This document shows, piece by piece, positions 9,216-17,129 of a stretch of 64,000 nucleotides of DNA. The translations under genes and the position numbers were made by a program. This DNA comes from Nitrospirota bacterium. GTDB taxonomy: Bacteria; Nitrospirota; Nitrospiria; SBBL01; JAADHI01. The stretch lies in assembly GCA_029261195.1 (NCBI GenBank), contig JAJDBU010000028.1, positions 2,650 to 66,649 of the forward strand, given 5' to 3'. Each line of letters opens with the position of its first letter. The first letter of the stretch is position 1. Below the pieces are notes generated by a model. The model had not been told where the DNA came from, made no database searches, and saw nothing but the letters and a program-made list of their open reading frames with translations.

Positions 9216-9470
9216 TCTCCTTCAGGAGTCTTGAAAACTGGAACAACCTTGCCCTCCCTTTGTAATGCGTCGAGATAATCAGCCCACCATTGTATTAATT
9301 TCCGCCGCTGTTCAGGGTACTTACTTCTGTGATTGCGACTCTGACGCGGTTTCCCGATTACTGTGCCAGTACTTTTTTAATTACATCACCAGCAAAGCCA
9401 CTTTCATTCGCGATAGTACTGAATGTGGCTCGAAAACCATGTACCGCAATCACGGAATACGTTGGCAAAA
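9212..9470 (-). pseudogene. 3' fragment of a second P4-type integrase (last ~85 codons, one frameshift)
   Basis: Own translation gives ...IAVHGFRATFSTIANESGFAGDVIKKVLAQ* and then, in another frame, ...RNHRSKYPEQRRKLIQWWADYLDALQREGKVVPVFKTPEGE*. These align to the intact integrase C-terminus HGFRAMARTILDEVLGVRPDFIEHQLAH...NRTAHLPERKKMMQDWADYLDKLKAG. The fragment starts directly after the stop of the intact integrase. Confidence 0.75.
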
Positions 9471-9472
9471 AA

Positions 9473-10690
9473 TCATTTTTTAGCCCCGCGTAGTATCGGG
9501 ATCACGTCTGCTCCTGCCTTGAGTTTATCTAAATAATCTGCCCAATCCTGCATCATCTTTTTCCGTTCGGGAAGATGCGCCGTCCGATTGTAGGCTCGCC
9601 CGTTAGGGTCGCGCACCGCATGGGCCAGTTGATGTTCAATGAAATCGGGACGAACACCGAGAACTTCATCAAGAATGGTCCTGGCCATCGCTCGAAAACC
9701 GTGACCGCTCATTTCTTCCTTACCAATCCCCATGCGCCGCATTGCCGCGAGGATGGCATTGTCGCTCATCGGTCGCCCCTTGCCCCGCGCACTTGGAAAA
9801 ATATAACGCCCGCGTCCTGTGAGAGGTTCTATCTCCTTTAAAATTTCAATCGCTTGTCGGGATAGGGGCACAATGTGCTGGGTCTCCGTCTTGGTCACCA
9901 AGTACCGCCATTCCGCGTTATCAAAATCTATGCCTGCCCATTCGGCTTTTCGTAGCTCTCCAGGGCGAACAAATACCAGAGGAGCCAGACGTAGAGCACA
10001 GGCAACAATGAGGGAACCTTCGTAGCCATCGATGGCTCGTAATATTTCTGCCACTAGTTTGGGTTCGGTAACAGCAGCGAAATGTTTGCCCTTAGCCGGT
10101 GGAAGTGCTCCGCGAAGGTCGACGGAGGGATCACGTTCGGCGCGTCCGGTAGCAACAGCATAACGAAAAACTTGCCCACAATTGCCCAAGGCACGGTGCG
10201 CAGTTTCCAAGGCACCTCGTTTTTCAATTCGACGAATAACGGGGAGCATCATGGGTGCATCGATATCTGAGATCGGTTCCCCCCCAATCCAGGGAAATAC
10301 ATCCCTTTCTAGGCGTCGAATGGTTCGATCAGCATGGGAGGGTGACCAATTGATGGAATATTTATTGAACCACTCTCTCGCCACTATTTCAAAACTGTTA
10401 GCGAGTCTCCCTTCCTTAGCGTACTTCTTAGCTTTACGATATTCGCCAGGATCAATCCCTGCTGAAACCTGTTTTCGAGATTCATCCCGCAGATCCCTTG
10501 CATCTTTTAGGTTTACGTCTGGGTAAGTACCAAAAGAGAGCAGCTTTTCTTTTCCGTCAAACCGATATTTAAACCGCCACCACTTTCCGCCATTCCTACT
10601 TATAATTAGGAACAGACCTCGTTCGTCGTAGAGCTTACGAGCTTTTGTGCCAGCCTTGGCTTTCTTAACTGTGGTGTCTGTTAAGGGCAT
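9473..10690 (-). CDS. P4/CP4-57-type tyrosine integrase
   Basis: 405-aa ORF. N-terminal arm-binding (DUF4102-like) segment LTDTTVKKAKAGTKARKLYDERGLFLIISRNGGKWWRFKYRFDGKEKLLSFGTYPDVNLKDAR. Catalytic VRPGELRK, HGFRAMART, HQLAH and GRAYNRT. Begins 165 bp from the tmRNA 3' end and has the same orientation as ssrA. Confidence 0.92.
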   Translation of the reverse strand: MPLTDTTVKKAKAGTKARKLYDERGLFLIISRNGGKWWRFKYRFDGKEKLLSFGTYPDVNLKDARDLRDESRKQVSAGIDPGEYRKAKKYAKEGRLANSFEIVAREWFNKYSINWSPSHADRTIRRLERDVFPWIGGEPISDIDAPMMLPVIRRIEKRGALETAHRALGNCGQVFRYAVATGRAERDPSVDLRGALPPAKGKHFAAVTEPKLVAEILRAIDGYEGSLIVACALRLAPLVFVRPGELRKAEWAGIDFDNAEWRYLVTKTETQHIVPLSRQAIEILKEIEPLTGRGRYIFPSARGKGRPMSDNAILAAMRRMGIGKEEMSGHGFRAMARTILDEVLGVRPDFIEHQLAHAVRDPNGRAYNRTAHLPERKKMMQDWADYLDKLKAGADVIPILRGAKK

Positions 10691-10692
10691 TT

Positions 10693-10769
10693 GGGGGTAA
10701 CTCCTTCGTCAGTCTTGGAGTAACCCCAATAGTTACCCCCACCAGACCTCGGATCTCTTGGGGTAACTT
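10693..10769. promoter_or_regulatory. Three copies of GGGGTAAC(T) between the integrase start and the tmRNA end (possible arm-type or regulatory sites)
   Basis: gggggtaact at 10693-10702 and agttaccccc at 10731-10740 form a perfect 10-bp inverted pair. tggggtaactt lies at 10759-10769, and a related ggagtaacccc at 10718-10728. Confidence 0.4.
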
Positions 10770-10794
10770 TAGACCTTACTGGATCAGAAGGCAA

Positions 10795-10821
10795 TAAAAA
10801 AGCCCGCTTTTCAGCGGGCTT
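10795..10821 (-). terminator. Rho-independent terminator downstream of ssrA
   Basis: On the minus strand: AGCCCGC-TGAAAA-GCGGGCT followed by TTTTTT, 34 nt after the tmRNA CCA end. Confidence 0.75.
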
Positions 10822-10854
10822 AGGTATGTTCCAGGAACAACTTGGAACTTTTGT

Positions 10855-11202
10855 TGGTGGAGGCGGCGGGAATTGAACCCGCGTCCGAAAACATTCAGCC
10901 AAAGACCACTACATGTTTAGTCTTTGATTTCAATCTCGCATCGGATGCCAACCAAAGACAGCTTGCATCTCCTGCAAAGTCCCGTAAATCTTACCCTCTC
11001 CCCCGGGACAATGAGAGCGGGCCAGCCTGCTATATGTCATCTTCCCCCCGCACAGACAACGGAAGGTTGATGTCACCGCCTTTTAGGCAGCGAGGGCTAA
11101 CGGTTCGTTAGCAACTATAGTGTTCCCATTTGTTTAACGAGCCCAATGGGACCTCGACATGCGCTCCTTGGTTTCCCATCCCCGTCGAATCCAATCGCCC
11201 CC
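10855..11202 (-). ncRNA. ssrA: tmRNA (SsrA), one-piece, ~348 nt
   Basis: The reverse complement starts GGGGGCGAUUGGAUUCGACGGGGAUGGGAAACC... and ends ...GGACGCGGGUUCAAUUCCCGCCGCCUCCACCA (T-arm, acceptor stem, CCA). The tag reading frame GCU AAC GAA CCG UUA GCC CUC GCU GCC UAA encodes ANEPLALAA (11112-11083). It lies 34 nt downstream of smpB. Confidence 0.95.
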
Positions 11203-11236
11203 AAATGCGATTTACGACTTTCTTTCTGTTCAAAAC

Positions 11237-11707
11237 TCAATTTTCTTTACCACGAAAGGCCCGCTCAATCTCTCTTTGGGCCGATTTATTGGCAGAGGAC
11301 TCCCGTTTATCATGGAGTTTCTTTCCCTTTGCCAAACCGAGTTCCACTTTCGCCAATCCCTTTTTAAAGTAGACCTTTAATACAACCAGGGTCAGCCCTT
11401 TTTCCCTCGTCTTTCCAATGTAGCGTTCGATTTCCCGCTTATTAAGCAGGAGTTTTCGTCGTCGCTCGGGCTCGTGGTTCGCGATATTGCCGTGGCTGTA
11501 CGGACTGATATGACAATTATAAAGGTATATTTCCCCTTTTTCAACGTGGGCAAAGCTGTCTTTCAGGTTGATCCGTCCCTCACGTAGCGATTTTACTTCG
11601 GTACCCAGCAGGACCATCCCCGCCTCGATTTTTTCCAGTATGAAATATTCGTGATAGGCCTTCCGGTTGTTGACGATAGTCCCGTCTTTTGAATGTTTTT
11701 CCGGCAT
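11237..11707 (-). CDS. smpB: SsrA-binding protein SmpB
   Basis: 156-aa ORF. Typical SmpB sequence [40 protein letters not shown]...LYNCHISPY...[16 protein letters not shown]...[33 protein letters not shown]. Confidence 0.95.
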   Translation of the reverse strand: MPEKHSKDGTIVNNRKAYHEYFILEKIEAGMVLLGTEVKSLREGRINLKDSFAHVEKGEIYLYNCHISPYSHGNIANHEPERRRKLLLNKREIERYIGKTREKGLTLVVLKVYFKKGLAKVELGLAKGKKLHDKRESSANKSAQREIERAFRGKEN

Positions 11708-11769
11708 TCATCCTCACCTGCTTAAAGAAGTCTTGTATCCCACAGCATCGCTACTATACCATCCTTTCC

Positions 11770-12237
11770 ATGAAGAAGGGACTCTCTGCGATTTCACCGC
11801 TTCTAAAGGCGATGAGCAAAAATTTGGGCCTTGAAAAGGAGGTAAAGCTCTTTCGCCTCAAAGAAGGCTGGCCCGACATCGTGGGCCATGCTATCGCTTC
11901 CCATACCGCACCGCAAGCCATTCGTTATCATGTGATGACGCTCCATGTTGACGGAGCCGCCTGGTTGCATGAACTGTCTTTTTTAAAGGAAGAGATCCGA
12001 CAAAAGATCAACCGACAACTCGGTAATGAGGCAGTTCGCTCTCTCCGTCTGAAAATAGGCCCTGTTTCCGCTCTAAGTAAACCGGAGCAAAAAGACAGCT
12101 CCCGAAAGAAGCGTACACCGCTTTCAAAAGAGGCTCAGACTTTAGTCAGAGAACAAGTCTCAGCTGTGTCGGACGATGCCCTGAAACAGGCCATTCGGAA
12201 GGCGATGGTACACCATTTGGAAAAATCGAGTACATAA
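11770..12237 (+). CDS. DUF721 (DciA-like) protein
   Basis: The track ORF is 11689-12237. The ATG at 11770 (MKKGLSAISP...) is the more plausible start. DUF721-like core: KEGWPDIVGHAIASHTAPQAIRYHVMTLHVDGAAWLHELSFLKEEIRQKIN. Confidence 0.65.
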   Translation: MKKGLSAISPLLKAMSKNLGLEKEVKLFRLKEGWPDIVGHAIASHTAPQAIRYHVMTLHVDGAAWLHELSFLKEEIRQKINRQLGNEAVRSLRLKIGPVSALSKPEQKDSSRKKRTPLSKEAQTLVREQVSAVSDDALKQAIRKAMVHHLEKSST

Positions 12238-12349
12238 AACGCTTATTCAGTATTACACCAAGTTGAGCTTCCTAAACTTCGGAGAAAGATGTTCCACCAT
12301 TCCCATTTGACACGCGATGCTGGAATTTGAGCCACCACTGATTTTGGGA

Positions 12350-12763
12350 TCAAGAAGGCAGTTTTTCTAAAAATTGCTTGAGGGCATTTTTCAATTCCGG
12401 GATCTGCGGTAAATTATTTTCTATGGCGCCCATGATATTTTCAAGACGCGCCATGCGCTGCATTTCTTTATCTTCTTCAATGAGCTGTGCAAGTGTTTTG
12501 TAGGCTTCTTGGTAATGCGATTCTAAATAAGTTTGCGCTGCAAGCAATGAACGGAGAAGAAGTGCGGGTTCTTGCTCAGAAGAAGAAACAAAGAAAAAAC
12601 TTGCATCAGAAAAAATGACCAGACCCGGTTTTCCTTCATCAAGGTTTACAATCTCTTTGATTGTTTTTCCAATTGTCTCATCCCAATTTTTCAGCCGCCC
12701 CGGGAATGATTTCACAAAAGAGACTTTTTTAGCATTGACGCGTAACTTTTTTTCTACGAACAC
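12350..12763 (-). CDS. Hypothetical protein (137 aa)
   Basis: Clean ORF with no competing frame. No motif that I recognise. Confidence 0.5.
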   Translation of the reverse strand: MFVEKKLRVNAKKVSFVKSFPGRLKNWDETIGKTIKEIVNLDEGKPGLVIFSDASFFFVSSSEQEPALLLRSLLAAQTYLESHYQEAYKTLAQLIEEDKEMQRMARLENIMGAIENNLPQIPELKNALKQFLEKLPS

Positions 12764-13425
12764 AGCTCACCTCTTTGAATTGTTTCAGGGGACTTGCTTC
12801 TTCTGAAGCCTGTCGCAAGCTCAGTATTATGGGTTTATTTTATTGGGCGTTTGAATGGCCTTCGCCTTGTAAATAATGATAGGCCGGATGCATTTGTAAA
12901 CGCTGATCTACGCGTGGGTCACCGACCGTAAAATGTAACCCTTGGTAATGCTAAGGCCCCCAACGCTAAGCGCAATATTGATGTAAGGAAGAGCGATCAG
13001 TGCAAGCCGAATGACCACGGTCATCAATGTAAAAGCAGAGTTCCGAAAGACAACTGGGTAGGTAGTACTGTCAGCGTAAAAATGATTTCGTGGAAGAAGC
13101 TGTGCCATCCATTCTGAAAACATTTCTTCCCGGTTCAACCCATACCAATATATCCGACTGTTTTTAGCGGCGATTAAAACATTCGGATATAAACCTACTC
13201 GACGAAAGACCTTTTCGTCAAACAAAAAAAGGCTCTATTCGGTGCCGCTGAAATATACTGGTCATAAACTGAAGGGTGCGATCTCAAAGGTGGTTTACAA
13301 CAAAAACATCATTCTTGACATGTAGACCGCCTCAATAATACAGTTAAATTCGTATCGGAGTAATTGAGGGAAGGTCATTCTGACTTGAATAATCAGATGT
13401 CTAGAAACCGAAATGGGAGAAAGCC

Positions 13426-13788
13426 ATGGGAATGTCAGAAAAAGAAGTGTTGTTGGAAGCAGCTGTCGCTATCGGGAAGCTCTATGCCTTCCTTGCCCAA
13501 GCGCTCCGGGTTGTAATTGAGCCGGAAGCAAACGATGGAATATCAGAAGATCTCTTCAATGAACAGCTCGACAAAATTCGGAAAGGCTTGGAACCGATTT
13601 TGTCAAAAAATCGCATTGTTCAGGGAAACCTGGCGGAAATTGATAAGAGCGTCATGAAGATCCGGGAAGCCGCCTCAGACGAAACAAGCCGAAAGCATGC
13701 TGTTCAAGAGGCACAACAATACCTTCCAACAGTTGAGGAGCGCTCCCGAACCGTCAGTGACCTTGTGGCCTTGTTCCGGCGGCTCTAA
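13426..13788 (+). CDS. Hypothetical protein (120 aa); founder of the inverted paralog pair
   Basis: ORF with a purine-rich region (gggagaaag) 5 nt upstream of the ATG. Its first ~42 codons have a diverged inverted copy at 16711-16845. Confidence 0.55.
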   Translation: MGMSEKEVLLEAAVAIGKLYAFLAQALRVVIEPEANDGISEDLFNEQLDKIRKGLEPILSKNRIVQGNLAEIDKSVMKIREAASDETSRKHAVQEAQQYLPTVEERSRTVSDLVALFRRL

Positions 13789-13907
13789 GGGTAGAAACTG
13801 CCATTAAGATTAAATGAATATCAAAATTCAATCTGGCATTTTTCGAGCCTGTAAAATAAATTGAGTAACTGCTCATTATTGAATACCTTTCAGTATGGAG
13901 GTAAATA

Positions 13908-14330
13908 ATGAGTATGCGAATGAATCGAGCAAAAATAAATGCACTAGCATCGGAGCTAGCGAAAGACCTAAAGACCCCTGAAGACCTAAGCGCGCTCAGC
14001 AGGGCTGATATCAAAAGTCACCAGTGCCGTCATGGAAGAAGTCATCGAATGGCAGAATTGCTCTCTGAATGCCGCTCATCCCATTGTTTATCTTGATTGT
14101 ATCGTACTCAAGATTCGTCACGACAAACGGATGATCAACAAGTCGATCTACCTCGCGCTAGGCGTCAATCTGGAGGGCCAAAAGGAGTATTGGGGTTTCA
14201 GATCGCCGAGACAGAGGGGGCTAAATTTTGGCTGCAGATACTCACAGAGCTTAAACACCGTGGCATCGAACAGATTCTGATTGCCTGTGTTGATGGTCTC
14301 AGTACCGCTTATTTTTTTTCTCCTGTGGTT
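13908..14330 (+). pseudogene. IS256-family (mutator-type) transposase relic, frameshifted and internally deleted
   Basis: Three short ORFs in different frames together read like an IS256 transposase: LASELAKDLKTPEDLSALSR...; then EEVIEWQNCSLNAAHPIVYLDCIVLKIRHDKRMINKSIYLALGVNLEGQKE; then QIAETEGAKFWLQILTELKHRGIEQILIACVDGLS. The catalytic C-terminal half is absent. Confidence 0.8.
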
Positions 14331-14404
14331 GGGTAATCTACCTCAGGGTTTTCACTTAGGCTACCGTCTCTTTTTCAGGGTCCACTCCTGGGAAGAAATA
14401 TTGC

Positions 14405-14848
14405 TTATTTCGTCCCACCCTCAATTCCTGTCGACCCGAATCCCCCTGAACCTCTTGCAGTTTCAGAGAGCATCGAAATTTCCTCAAGGATGACTGTAGA
14501 CACCGGATTAATAACTATTTGTGCAATGCGACTTCCGACCTCAATTCGGAATAGGGTATCACCATGGTTGATGAGGATGACTCCGATCTCTCCTCTATAG
14601 CCTTGATCGATTGTTCCAGGAGAGTTAAGCACCGTAATCCCATGTTTTAGGGCAAGACCACTACGTGGCCTAATCTGAGCCTCTGCTCCCAATGGTAATT
14701 CAATAGCAATACCCGTTCGAAGGAGAATCCGCTCCCCGGGGGGCAAATTTACCGTTTCGGCTGAGCACAAATCCAGTCCGGCATCGCCGTCATGACTGTA
14801 ACTCGGAAGTATTGCGTCAGGACAAAGACGCTTTACTTTGAGCTTCAT
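14405..14848 (-). CDS. dut: dUTP diphosphatase
   Basis: Motifs [32 protein letters not shown] and [10 protein letters not shown]. The ATG at 14848 gives a typical 147-aa protein. The track ORF starts earlier, at a TTG. Confidence 0.92.
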   Translation of the reverse strand: MKLKVKRLCPDAILPSYSHDGDAGLDLCSAETVNLPPGERILLRTGIAIELPLGAEAQIRPRSGLALKHGITVLNSPGTIDQGYRGEIGVILINHGDTLFRIEVGSRIAQIVINPVSTVILEEISMLSETARGSGGFGSTGIEGGTK

Positions 14849-14882
14849 CACCAATATCGTCTTTTCATTCCCACCATCACAC

Positions 14883-15209
14883 TTAGTCGATATTCGCTCC
14901 GACAACAGCGGCCATTTGCATCATATCAATGGTTTGGCCTTCTTTCAGATTGGTTAAATCAGTTAGTTTTCCTGATTTACTTGTCGATTTAGTAAGCCTA
15001 AAGATAGGAAGTAGTTTTGCGTCAGCCACAATAAATTTGCCAGCGTTTTCCGGTTTTCCATTTTCAGTCTTTGTTTGTAACTTATTCTCTTTGATGTAAA
15101 CCCACAGTTTTTTGGTAATCTCAGTTCTTGGAAGCTCAGTCGCCCCTAATAATTCGGCTAAATCTGTCTTCAATTTTACTGCTTTATTTAATCCTTTTGC
15201 TTCTGCCAT
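14883..15209 (-). CDS. SWIB/MDM2-domain protein
   Basis: 108-aa ORF with an AGGAG RBS. SWIB-like core: [33 protein letters not shown] ... [12 protein letters not shown] ... IDMMQM. Confidence 0.75.
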   Translation of the reverse strand: MAEAKGLNKAVKLKTDLAELLGATELPRTEITKKLWVYIKENKLQTKTENGKPENAGKFIVADAKLLPIFRLTKSTSKSGKLTDLTNLKEGQTIDMMQMAAVVGANID

Positions 15210-15210
15210 T

Positions 15211-15450
15211 TCATAATCTCCTATTAATTTTTGAGGTCATTTTCATTTGGATGAGAATTTTGTCTTTTCCAAATTCCAGGATATCACCTGAAACGATTTT
15301 TTTCCGCTTTCTCGTTTCGACCCTTCCATTTACGCATACCTGCCCTTCCACAATAACAACTTTCGCTTCACCACCGCTTGAGACCATGCCTTCAAATTTC
15401 AGGATTTTGTAGAGCTCGGTAGGCTCGTTTAAAATCTCAACCGTTCTCAT
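15211..15450 (-). CDS. S4-domain RNA-binding protein (YbcJ-like)
   Basis: LYKILKFEGMVSSGGEAKVVIVEGQVCVNGRVETRKRKKIVSGDILEF matches the small S4-fold family. ATG at 15450. Confidence 0.75.
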   Translation of the reverse strand: MRTVEILNEPTELYKILKFEGMVSSGGEAKVVIVEGQVCVNGRVETRKRKKIVSGDILEFGKDKILIQMKMTSKINRRL

Positions 15451-15531
15451 TTGATTAAAACCACAGCCGCAATTTTGCAAAAAGCTATATTATGCTTTGA
15501 ACTTGTGGTCACTCCTTTTCATCTCGACACC

Positions 15532-15879
15532 CTAGGAAACCAAGCAGCACCAACATATCCGCAAGCGACTGAAATTGCAGCAAGACCAGAAAGATATCGG
15601 GAAGAGGTAGGTCCCATCGCTGCCATTGGTTACGATCAAGTAAACCCATTCATCCAGTGCCATTCCGAGGCCGAGGCTGAATATCGAAGTTGCTAGGAGC
15701 CCAAGTCTTTCCCCAAGATGACCGATGGACAAGGGTACACCACCGAGCATAACGAATAATAGGCCTGTAAAGAGATGATGTCTGTTGTAAGGGCCAACAG
15801 TAAAATTACTATTTGGTGAAAAGTGCAGCGATATGTGGAGAACAACAACGCCAATCATCGGCATTAATAAGATGATCAT
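15532..15879 (-). CDS. Small integral membrane protein, hypothetical
   Basis: 115-aa ORF with three hydrophobic segments and a GGAGAG RBS 7 nt upstream of the ATG. Confidence 0.45.
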   Translation of the reverse strand: MIILLMPMIGVVVLHISLHFSPNSNFTVGPYNRHHLFTGLLFVMLGGVPLSIGHLGERLGLLATSIFSLGLGMALDEWVYLIVTNGSDGTYLFPISFWSCCNFSRLRICWCCLVS

Positions 15880-16036
15880 TCAATGCTCTCCATAATTTGG
15901 AGAACTTGAATAACCGATTCTTAATCAATCGGGAAAACTAATTGTCGTTAGGAGGGAATTATCGTTGTCGCTGGTCAGTAGTTCATTGTATTCATAGTGT
16001 AATCCCCGCTTCTTTCAAAAAATCCCTTTATTTTGG

Positions 16037-16669
16037 TTAAGCCATGATAAGAAGTCTCATCAAACGGAAGGTTTTCAAAGCTTCTTCGACCACCTTTCCC
16101 TCTCTGACCACACTCCGATCAAAATTCAGGTAACGGTGAATCTTTAAAAAAGTCAGGTTTTCTAATGCAGCCTCCACTTCTGGTTTATTCTCTTTCTGGA
16201 GTTCAATCAGATACTTTGAATCCCGTCTCCATTCCCAGGGATTCTCTGTTATTAAAATAAAAAGTCCTTGATTGGAAAGCGATTCGTAATGTTCTAATAA
16301 ATTACGCTTATATTGATTGAGATGGTGACCTGCTAAGAATAATGCGAAAGCAAAAAAATGTCCCCACCAGAATAGCGTGCGAAATGTCAGCATTTCTTTG
16401 TTTTTGAAATGTTTGGGAAAGTCGAGATAAAGATAGGGGAAATTCAGAAGGTGCTCCCCTTTTACAAATTGAAAATTTTTAGAATCAAACGCATGTGGGG
16501 CAAGCAAGGCACTTGACGGGATCTCTTTTTTTAATTCGATATGGATCTGTTTAAGCAAGGTTTTGACCTTTTGGCTCACACTGACTTTCGTTTCAAAAAA
16601 GCGGGTGTCCTGGATTAGGGTATTTTCTTCGGGGGTAAAATAAATAGGTTGTTCCATCGCCTTCTCCAT
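16037..16669 (-). CDS. Hypothetical protein (210 aa)
   Basis: Clean ORF. No motif recognised. Confidence 0.55.
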   Translation of the reverse strand: MEKAMEQPIYFTPEENTLIQDTRFFETKVSVSQKVKTLLKQIHIELKKEIPSSALLAPHAFDSKNFQFVKGEHLLNFPYLYLDFPKHFKNKEMLTFRTLFWWGHFFAFALFLAGHHLNQYKRNLLEHYESLSNQGLFILITENPWEWRRDSKYLIELQKENKPEVEAALENLTFLKIHRYLNFDRSVVREGKVVEEALKTFRLMRLLIMA

Positions 16670-16710
16670 GCTGCATTATTTTTTCATTTTAAATGCTGTC
16701 GAGTTATTCG

Positions 16711-16845
16711 TTAAAAACGATCTTCTGATATGCCTTTGTTTGCTTCGGGATTGATTGTGACCCCTAGGGCTTGAGCTAAGAAGGCATAGAGCTTCCCGCT
16801 ATCGGCTGCCGCTTTCAACATCAACTCTTTTTCTGATCTCCCGAT
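16711..16845 (-). pseudogene. Truncated, start-codon-mutated paralog of the 5' end of the 13426-13788 gene
   Basis: Own translation: (ATC)GRSEKELMLKAAADSGKLYAFLAQALGVTINPEANKGISEDRF*. The intact gene reads MGMSEKEVLLEAAVAIGKLYAFLAQALRVVIEPEANDGISEDLF... The two copies share an identical 18-mer, gggaagctctatgccttc. An AGGAGG is retained upstream, but the equivalent ATG is now ATC. Confidence 0.65.
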
Positions 16846-17129
16846 GACGCTCCTCCTATATCAGTCTTTAGCTCTGTGTTTATTTGGTACAAAACTACTG
16901 TCCCTCAATGAATCCCATATCGATTTAACAGTATTGTTGAGGTCGTCTTCATGTCAAGATGAGTGTTTTAATTTGACGAAAAGGTGGTTTTTCGCATAGC
17001 CTTTTATCCTGTCCTGTTAGTCGGCTAATAAGGCCATTTAAGGGGGAAAACACGCATCCCCTAAGTTCATACGGGTTAATTTGCTCCTACGCCAGCATGT
17101 TGTGTTCCCCTCAATTATAGGGTTTTCCG

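Noticed and set aside
10681-11380. Several 73-89-aa ORFs (10681-10902, 10842-11111, 11130-11380).
   Set aside because: They overlap the tmRNA gene and the smpB 3' end. The tmRNA structure accounts for this sequence.
12908-13225. 105-aa minus-strand ORF with a TTG start and a C-terminal hydrophobic helix.
   Set aside because: It is the only open frame in this region, but it has a weak start, no RBS and no motif. I left it uncalled. It might be a real tail-anchored protein or a gene fragment.
16850-17129. Possible RiPP precursor peptide upstream of the SagB-type gene.
   Set aside because: Only ATG-initiated frames of 3-7 codons are present on the plus strand, so there is no plausible precursor.
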